Source: Chlamydiota bacterium
GTDB lineage: Bacteria > Chlamydiota > Chlamydiia > Chlamydiales > SM23-39
DNA length: 15,479 nucleotides
Direction of reading: 5' to 3'
NCBI GenBank assembly: GCA_050049995.1
Contig: JASFVE010000044.1
Span: 1 to 15,479, forward strand
Position numbers and translations under genes: made by a program. The notes under the pieces are model-generated. The model was not told where the DNA came from and did not search any database. It saw only the letters and a list, made by a program, of their open reading frames with translations. Below, one piece after another: positions 8,443 to 13,966 of this stretch. The stretch's first letter is position 1, and each line of letters begins with the position of its first letter.

Positions 8443-8943
8443 CTAGCTCCTAATGACATCATGCAAGCAGTTGACACGTATAAGGAAGTCTTCCTCGCTT
8501 ATAATATTGCAGCATTTAAGAGAAATTGTTCTTTAGTAGTTAAAACATTTGCTTTTGCAACGTTTATGTTTGGAGCTACTGGCATGGTAAATCCTGTAAT
8601 AGCAGGTACATCTTTCATTATTTGCCTTATAGCCGAAAAAATTTTCATAGCTAATAAACATCCAATAGTAGCTGGGACTCTTAAAAGCCATAAAATATTG
8701 GTATCTAAATTAGACGCTGATCCCTCTAGACAAGCAGATGAGGTATTTGTCGAGCTTGAACCACTAGCTAACTACATTCGAGAATGTATAAACAGGAAAG
8801 ATAAAACTTTTTTAGGAGGCTATTTCTACAAGTACTTTTCCTTTAACAAAGAAGAGCAGTTGCCGAAGTTAGTTCATCCTTTATATAAACTTATCCCTAC
8901 AATGTACGAAAGGGAATTTAATAAAATTAAGGAGATACAATGA
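8350..8943 (+). CDS. Hypothetical membrane protein, tandem paralog 2; bilobed hydrophobic domain (Inc-like candidate)
   Basis: 197 aa with a GGAGG RBS, TAATG-coupled to copy 1. N-terminus nearly identical to copy 1. Hydrophobic hairpin TFAFATFMFGATGMV-NP-VIAGTSFIICLIA. Shared C-terminal motifs KTxLGGxFxKY and PLxxLIP...EFNKI. Confidence 0.85.
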   Translation: MTTAVHDRLISNFDTQPINANSTTLEERVNALAPNDIMQAVDTYKEVFLAYNIAAFKRNCSLVVKTFAFATFMFGATGMVNPVIAGTSFIICLIAEKIFIANKHPIVAGTLKSHKILVSKLDADPSRQADEVFVELEPLANYIRECINRKDKTFLGGYFYKYFSFNKEEQLPKLVHPLYKLIPTMYEREFNKIKEIQ

Positions 8944-9485
8944 CTGCAATCACTAATTTAATTTCAGCAGATAATCCACTAAGTGGCTCCTCAGGCTATT
9001 ACGAGGCCGGAATCGGGCAATTAACTGAAAAACTTAACAGAATTAGTGCAAATGCTGTGAAAACTTATAAAGAAGTTTTTCTCAAATATAATGCTACAGC
9101 TTTCATAATGAACTTTTTTTCATTGTGCCTTATTCCTTCTGTATCTGTTCTTTCTCTTGGAGTTATTGTTTCTATTCCAACAAAGATGCTGATGGCGGCC
9201 ATGACTATTTCAGTTATTGCAGTAATGTATCTATACAAGGCTAATCCAATCGAGGATGCTAGAACTAACACGTTTTCAATTTATTTTAAAAGAAATAAAA
9301 ACAGCAGTATTGATGAGACAAATGCCGTGCTAGATGAACAGCGACAAGTATTAGATTTATTGAGACATGAATCACTAAGGTCATGCAATGTGTTTTTCAA
9401 GAAATACTTTCAAATTAGCCAAGAAGGTCAGCTAGAGTTAGTGCATCCCTTTGATAAGATAATGCCTGAAACACGTTTAAGATAA
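8940..9485 (+). CDS. Hypothetical membrane protein, tandem paralog 3 (most diverged); bilobed hydrophobic domain (Inc-like candidate)
   Basis: 181 aa with an AGGAG RBS, ATGA-coupled to copy 2. Shares AVxTYKEVFLxYNxxAF, FxKYF and LVHP..K..P with copy 2. Hydrophobic hairpin [41 protein letters not shown]. The 3' end overlaps dnaA by 9 nt. Confidence 0.83.
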   Translation: MTAITNLISADNPLSGSSGYYEAGIGQLTEKLNRISANAVKTYKEVFLKYNATAFIMNFFSLCLIPSVSVLSLGVIVSIPTKMLMAAMTISVIAVMYLYKANPIEDARTNTFSIYFKRNKNSSIDETNAVLDEQRQVLDLLRHESLRSCNVFFKKYFQISQEGQLELVHPFDKIMPETRLR

Positions 9486-10805
9486 ATTCTTTTTAATCAT
9501 TTGAATTTGTCTTTGAAGCTGCTCATTAGTACTTAGTTGATTAGATACCTTTTTCCATGAATGAAGTAGGGTAGAGTGTGTTTTACCTCCAAAAGAATTG
9601 GCTATTTTTTGGAGGGAATCAGAAATTAACTCTTTGGAAAGATACATGGCCACTTGCCTTGCAAGAGCAATTTGCTTCATGCGCGAGTCTCCTTTTATTT
9701 CTGAGATACGCACTTCAAATGCGCTAGCCACAGATTTTAAAATACTTTCAACTGTAACTTTTTTAGATGTTTGCTGCTCAAAGATCTCACTTAAGGTTTT
9801 TTCTACGACATCTTGAGTGATTTGCTCGCCCATCAAGCGACAGTACGCAAAAAGGCGATTAATGGCTCCTTCTATTTGCCGTACATTTAAAAAGACATGA
9901 TCTGCTATATAAAAGGCTACATCATCTGGAATAATGATTCCTTTGGTTTCTGCCTTATGTTGAATGATGGCAACCTTAGTTTCTAAATCAGGAACACCTA
10001 TATTGGCAACTAAGCCCCATTCCATTCTAGCAATCATTCTGTCAGAAAGTTTTAATTGAGAAGGAGGTTTATCAGAGGTAATGACAATTTGCTTATGTTG
10101 GTTGATAAGAGATTCAAATGTATTGCAAAACTCATCTTCAAAATTCAACCTATTCTGTAAAAATTGAATATCATCAACCAGTAAGATGTCTAAGTTTCTA
10201 TAAAACCTTTTCATTTTGTCGACAGATTTGTTCTTTAAGTTGTCTACAAGATCATTGATAAATGCTTCTGTTGTGATACTTTGAATTTTGGCATGTTTGT
10301 TTTTTTGTAAAACGCTATGACCAATGCCATGCAGCAGATGTGTTTTTCCTAGACCTACTCCTCCATGAATGAAAAGAGGATTGTAAGATTTTCCAGGTCG
10401 ATTAGCAACTCCCACAGCTGCCGATTTTACAAACTGGTTAGATGGTCCTTCAATGAAGTTTTCAAAAGTATAATTTCTGTTTAATTGTAAGTGAGAAGTT
10501 TTTTGAGGCTTAGAAATACTTGTAGAAGGTTTTTTTTCTTTGGGTGTGATGGCGGCGATACTAAAATGAAAAGGGAGCTCTTCAATGCTAGTACAGGAAA
10601 AAAAATTCAGTAAGTCCTGCTTGTAATTATCAATGAGGTATTCTTGCACAAAGATATTAGGTACTTCTAATACTAGCTTATCTTCAGTTTCCTCTTTTAC
10701 TTTGATGGGTTCAATCCAATTATGAAACTCAGTAGCTGAGCATTTTTTTTCTACTAGCTGAACAAAGTCAACCCAAACACTTTTTATATCACAAGAAACG
10801 GTCAT
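9477..10805 (-). CDS. dnaA: Chromosomal replication initiator DnaA (probably the chlamydial CT275/dnaA2-type copy)
   Basis: [35 protein letters not shown] (Walker A), [11 protein letters not shown] (Walker B), [19 protein letters not shown], and domain [10 protein letters not shown]...[11 protein letters not shown]. Assignment to the CT275-type paralog rests on recalled synteny with CT270-CT279. Confidence 0.98.
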   Translation of the reverse strand: MTVSCDIKSVWVDFVQLVEKKCSATEFHNWIEPIKVKEETEDKLVLEVPNIFVQEYLIDNYKQDLLNFFSCTSIEELPFHFSIAAITPKEKKPSTSISKPQKTSHLQLNRNYTFENFIEGPSNQFVKSAAVGVANRPGKSYNPLFIHGGVGLGKTHLLHGIGHSVLQKNKHAKIQSITTEAFINDLVDNLKNKSVDKMKRFYRNLDILLVDDIQFLQNRLNFEDEFCNTFESLINQHKQIVITSDKPPSQLKLSDRMIARMEWGLVANIGVPDLETKVAIIQHKAETKGIIIPDDVAFYIADHVFLNVRQIEGAINRLFAYCRLMGEQITQDVVEKTLSEIFEQQTSKKVTVESILKSVASAFEVRISEIKGDSRMKQIALARQVAMYLSKELISDSLQKIANSFGGKTHSTLLHSWKKVSNQLSTNEQLQRQIQMIKKNLS

Positions 10806-10874
10806 CTTTTATCTTTTGAAAATTTAACGATTTTCGCTTTTGGAAAGTGGTTTACAAAAGCAATTTCATTAGTC

Positions 10875-10903
10875 AAGTTAACACGATTTTTCTATCTGGG
10901 CAA
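10875..10903 (-). promoter_or_regulatory. Putative dnaA promoter (TTGCCC-N17-TAACTT with extended -10 TG)
   Basis: Minus-strand -35 at 10903-10898, TG at 10883-10882 and -10 at 10880-10875, inside the 177-nt gap upstream of dnaA. The -35 hexamer is the same as in the predicted mraZ promoter. Confidence 0.4.
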
Positions 10904-10982
10904 TGAAATAGTGGATTATCATTCTTCCAATATCTCTAACTCCTTGAGCTTCAAAATTAGAAAAAAAGAGAGTTATTTTGTC

Positions 10983-11372
10983 CTAACTTGGGAAAGCTAA
11001 AATTAAAGCACTTGCTTGTTTAGCAATATCCTGGTTAGAGGAATTTTGCAGTTTTTTAGCTTGAGAGATTCCTTGCTTTTTATATCCTAAAGACAAAAGA
11101 GCTTTAGCTCTATTGAGCTGTGTTTGTAAGTCATTGGGATCAACTTTTAAAGAACGATCAAGATAATTTAAGGCTTCCAAACTATTGCCTTTTTGTAAGT
11201 AAAGGGCCCCTAGTGTTTTTAGATCATAAGAGTTTTCAGGTGAAAGAACACTTAGTGCTTCAAAAAAAGTAATAGCTGTATCGTAAAGACCTTGTTTTAT
11301 ATATGAGTAAGCAACAAAGCGAAGATCTTCCAGTTGTTCATCATTCCAACCAAGTAATTCAAGCCAGTTCAT
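10983..11372 (-). CDS. Tetratricopeptide-repeat protein, type III secretion chaperone-like (CT274-like)
   Basis: 129 aa of TPR-pattern helices (AYSYIKQGLYDTAITFFEALSVLSP; LGALYLQKGNSLEALNYLDRSLKVDPND; NRAKALLSLG). Size and position upstream of dnaA match the recalled chlamydial CT274 family. ATGA-coupled to the upstream gene. Confidence 0.88.
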   Translation of the reverse strand: MNWLELLGWNDEQLEDLRFVAYSYIKQGLYDTAITFFEALSVLSPENSYDLKTLGALYLQKGNSLEALNYLDRSLKVDPNDLQTQLNRAKALLSLGYKKQGISQAKKLQNSSNQDIAKQASALILAFPS

Positions 11373-11851
11373 CCTTTGTGGTATTGTCCTCTTCTTGCGT
11401 TAATCAATGAAAGATATTGATCATAAAGGCCTAGCATCTTTAGTAATTTGATCACTTTCTTTCGTTCTTTTTCTTCTTCATCTTTTTCAAAACCTTCAAA
11501 CTGATGCTCTTTATGTTTTTCCTCTTTGTCTTTTGAAAGTTTTTGTAGTTCTTGTTCATGTTTTTCTGTCGAACCCAAAGAGGGGACTAACTGAAAAGTA
11601 AATATCCGCTTTCGATGAGATAAATATTTTGGAGGTGGAGCAAATCTTGCCCAAGGCAAATTCTTTTGGAAAGTATTAAATTGCTCGTCAAATCCTGATG
11701 GTATATATGGTGTGGTAACACTGACTTCAGAAAGGCCCCCGACTTGCCTTGACCCTTGTAAAAGCTCTTTATCAACCAGCTTTTGATCAACGGCATATCT
11801 ATTCGATGCGTCAGTGCCTAAGTTATCTATTGTTCTAGGTTTTGTAGACAT
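11369..11851 (-). CDS. Conserved chlamydial hypothetical protein (CT273-like; probably DUF5399)
   Basis: 160 aa with WARFAPPPKY...IFTFQLVPSLG, a charged Glu/Lys-rich linker and a C-terminal helix ending RRGQYHKG. Position between the dcw cluster and the TPR gene matches CT273 from recalled synteny. The DUF number is from memory. Confidence 0.8.
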   Translation of the reverse strand: MSTKPRTIDNLGTDASNRYAVDQKLVDKELLQGSRQVGGLSEVSVTTPYIPSGFDEQFNTFQKNLPWARFAPPPKYLSHRKRIFTFQLVPSLGSTEKHEQELQKLSKDKEEKHKEHQFEGFEKDEEEKERKKVIKLLKMLGLYDQYLSLINARRGQYHKG

Positions 11852-11874
11852 GGGTTTAAATCTCTTTGAGTTTC

Positions 11875-11883
11875 ATTCTACCA
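11875..11883 (-). promoter_or_regulatory. Putative extended -10 promoter (TGgTAGAAT) for the CT273-like/TPR(/dnaA) unit
   Basis: Minus-strand TGG-TAGAAT at 11883-11875, ending 23 nt before the ATG at 11851. No good -35 (TTTTTA at the 17-nt position). Confidence 0.5.
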
Positions 11884-11900
11884 GTACTTTGAATTTTTAA

Positions 11901-11935
11901 AAACGACTTGTTCAAAACTTATGAACAAGTTGTTT
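11901..11935. repeat. 14-bp inverted repeat AAACGACTTGTTCA-N7-TGAACAAGTTGTTT (13/14 paired, one G:T)
   Basis: Arms at 11901-11914 and 11922-11935, read directly from the sequence. Confidence 0.85.
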
Positions 11936-11939
11936 AAAC

Positions 11940-12163
11940 ATTGTGGGAAATTGACTTATCTCGCTAACTGTAAATTATTTAAGTTGTTATTTTTAGCTTT
12001 TACTAACAAAAGAATAGAAAAACTTTTAAACAAATTTCCCACAATTTCCCACAATTCATAAGTTTCTTATTCTTAAGGAGGAAAAATAGTTTCTTAATTT
12101 CTAACGAAAAAATATTTGCCCTGTTTACGGATTTGTTGCTAGTATGTGGGAAAAAGTGGGAAA
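11940..12163. promoter_or_regulatory. Five GTGGGAAA boxes, probable MraZ operator sites
   Basis: Plus strand 11943-11950, 12146-12153 and 12156-12163; minus strand 12035-12042 and 12045-12052. Both tandem pairs have exact 10-bp periodicity, like the (G)TGG(G)-core 10-bp-spaced repeats bound by MraZ upstream of mraZ in E. coli, B. subtilis and Mycoplasma. Confidence 0.75.
12116..12145 (+). promoter_or_regulatory. Putative mraZ/dcw promoter (TTGCCC-N18-TAGTAT with extended -10 TG)
   Basis: -35 at 12116-12121, TG at 12137-12138 and -10 at 12140-12145, immediately followed by two GTGGGAAA boxes over the expected transcription start. Confidence 0.6.
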
Positions 12164-12178
12164 CCAAAAGGTGCTCCT

Positions 12179-12730
12179 GTGAGTGATCATTTCTTCAGCG
12201 GATCTAGTGTAGCGAAGTTGGATGACAAAAAACGTTTTGTCCTTCCACAACAAATGCGCTATGGACTTGTAGAAGAGGGAAAGCTGGAGTTTACTATTGG
12301 TCTTGGCCTTGGTGGATGTTTAACCATTTATAAGAAAAGTGACATTCAAAAAATTGTAAAAAAATTTAAAGAAAAACAGCATATAGCCAAATATCAAAAG
12401 TTTTTTACTTTGTTTTTTTCTCTTTTACATGAAACAAGCTGTGATAAAATTGGTAGAATATCCCTTCCAGCCTCCTTACTTAACATAGTAAAAATTCAAA
12501 AAGAGATCGTGGTAGCAGGTGTGTTAGATAAGATCGAGCTTTGGCCTAAAGAAGTTTATGATCAGAATATGGCGCAAATATTGCTTTCTAGTGAAAGCAG
12601 CTCTGAATTTCAAAAAATGACAGAAGAAGCATTCGCTCTTTTACAAGACGATCAGAATGAAGAGATAAATGAAATGGAAAAGTTATCTGAATCTCACATT
12701 AAAAATGCACAGGAAACTATTAGACAGTGA
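12179..12730 (+). CDS. mraZ: Division/cell-wall cluster transcriptional repressor MraZ
   Basis: Two SpoVT/AbrB-type repeats (LDDKKRFVLP and CDKIGRISLP) and VVAGVLDKIELWP; first gene before rsmH. Start placed at GTG 12179 (AAGGTG upstream) rather than 12146, which lies directly after the predicted -10 and inside the operator. Confidence 0.93.
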   Translation: MSDHFFSGSSVAKLDDKKRFVLPQQMRYGLVEEGKLEFTIGLGLGGCLTIYKKSDIQKIVKKFKEKQHIAKYQKFFTLFFSLLHETSCDKIGRISLPASLLNIVKIQKEIVVAGVLDKIELWPKEVYDQNMAQILLSSESSSEFQKMTEEAFALLQDDQNEEINEMEKLSESHIKNAQETIRQ

Positions 12731-13635
12731 GTAAAAGACCCCATATACCTGTTTTAATTGATGAGGTCTTGGAGTTTTTCAAAGATAAAACACTAAAAGT
12801 GTTTATGGATGGAACAATGGGAGCTGCAGGACACGCTAAAAAAATTTTAGAGACTCATCCTGAAATTGAAATTTTTATCGGATTTGATAAGGATATGCAT
12901 GCTTTAGAAATTGCCGAAAAAGAACTAGACCCTTGGAAAGGTAAACTACGCCTTAAAAATGGTGATTTTGCCAGTGCGCCGATATATCTAAAAGAAGAAA
13001 AAATTGATTGCCTAGATGGTGTTTTACTTGATCTGGGTGTCTCTTCCATGCAGCTAGATAGCAAAACAAGAGGCTTTAGTTTTATGCATGAAGCCCCCCT
13101 TGATATGCGCATGGATACAAATTCAGACTTAACCGCTGAAAAGGTGGTCAATGAATTCCCCGAAAATAAATTAGCTGAGATCTTTCTTAAATATGGTGAA
13201 GAATTTCAATATAAGAAAATCGCAAAAGCAATAGCTATTGCCCGTAAGAAAAAAAGAATTAAATCGACTATTGACTTAGTTCAAGTCATTTCACCTGTTT
13301 TGCAAAGAAAGCGTGGGAGAAGAAGAATTCATCCAGCAACCTTGGTTTTTCAAGCTCTTAGAATTTATGTGAACCATGAGTTGGATTCTGTTGAACAGGG
13401 AGTTGGCTCCGCCATTGAACATTTATGTCCTGCTGGAAGAATTGGAGTTATCAGCTTTCATAGCTTAGAAGACAGGATTGTGAAAAATATTTTTAGGTCC
13501 AATAAAAAAGCCAAAATTTTAACGAAAAAGCCACTAATTGCTACACAAGAAGAAAAAAAAGCTAACCCTCGCTCAAGGAGTGCCAAGTTAAGGTTTGCTG
13601 AAAAAATCGAAGGAGATGAAGATGCAAATAACTAA
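12727..13635 (+). CDS. rsmH: 16S rRNA m4C1402 methyltransferase RsmH (MraW)
   Basis: HIPVLIDEV, DGTMGAAGHA, DLGVSSMQLD...RGFSF...PLDMRMD, YGEE, HPATLVFQALRIYVNHEL, ISFHSLEDRIVK and NPRSRSAKLR motifs. GTGA overlap with mraZ. Confidence 0.98.
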   Translation: MSKRPHIPVLIDEVLEFFKDKTLKVFMDGTMGAAGHAKKILETHPEIEIFIGFDKDMHALEIAEKELDPWKGKLRLKNGDFASAPIYLKEEKIDCLDGVLLDLGVSSMQLDSKTRGFSFMHEAPLDMRMDTNSDLTAEKVVNEFPENKLAEIFLKYGEEFQYKKIAKAIAIARKKKRIKSTIDLVQVISPVLQRKRGRRRIHPATLVFQALRIYVNHELDSVEQGVGSAIEHLCPAGRIGVISFHSLEDRIVKNIFRSNKKAKILTKKPLIATQEEKKANPRSRSAKLRFAEKIEGDEDANN

Positions 13636-13966
13636 AATCATGAGATTATCTGTATGCCTTTTAGTTTTTACTATTTGTCTTTTTTCCTATTTGTATAAGC
13701 AGAACGATTTGACTAGGTTAAAAATGCAGGTGCCTAAAATTCATAAACAGCTGCAGGCAATTAATGAAGAAATTAGACAGCTTCAGTATGAAATTGACCA
13801 ATTTGAGAACCCTGCAAGGTTAATGGAAATGGCTTGTCATCCTGATTTTAACCACCTAAAACATCCTCTTATTAAAGACATAGAAACTATTCCTGAGGGT
13901 GTAGCCCTGTCTTATCCCAGAAATGATTTGGAAATAGACGTCCCTGCTTGCGTTGGAAGTAGGTAA
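13622..13966 (+). CDS. ftsL: Cell division protein FtsL-like (CT271-like)
   Basis: Short basic N-terminus, one TM helix (LSVCLLVFTICLFSYLY), then a leucine-zipper coiled coil ending IDQFENPARL. Canonical position between rsmH and ftsI. Start set to ATG 13622 (AGGAG 6 nt upstream). Confidence 0.8.
   Translation: MQITKIMRLSVCLLVFTICLFSYLYKQNDLTRLKMQVPKIHKQLQAINEEIRQLQYEIDQFENPARLMEMACHPDFNHLKHPLIKDIETIPEGVALSYPRNDLEIDVPACVGSR

Noticed and set aside
7764..8929. Regularly spaced junction repeats read as a CRISPR array or integron attC cassette array
   Set aside because: Spacing is 560-590 nt, the 'spacers' are homologous genes, there are no RYYYAAC/GTTRRRY ends, and no cas or integrase gene is in the window. 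Tandem gene duplication explains the pattern.
9065..9271. 68-aa minus-strand ORF
   Set aside because: Antisense to paralog 3, whose frame is supported by homology to copies 1 and 2.
9598..9816. 72-aa plus-strand ORF
   Set aside because: Antisense shadow within dnaA.
10806..10982. oriC or DnaA-box cluster directly upstream of dnaA
   Set aside because: Only weak 7/9-type matches (e.g. AGTGGATTA); no cluster of convincing boxes.
11587..11796. 69-aa minus-strand ORF
   Set aside because: Alternative frame inside the CT273-like gene; no independent support.
11915..12065. MITE or IS remnant suggested by terminal inverted repeats
   Set aside because: Arms are interrupted and built from the operator-like boxes, no target-site duplication is evident, and there is no transposase in the window. 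A genome-wide copy search would be needed to revive the idea.
12146..12178. N-terminal extension MGKSGKPKGAP of MraZ as given in the ORF track
   Set aside because: The GTG at 12146 directly follows the predicted -10 and is part of the GTGGGAAA operator repeat. GTG 12179 has an SD-like sequence and gives a typical MraZ N-terminus.
12855..13151. 98-aa minus-strand ORF
   Set aside because: Antisense shadow within rsmH.
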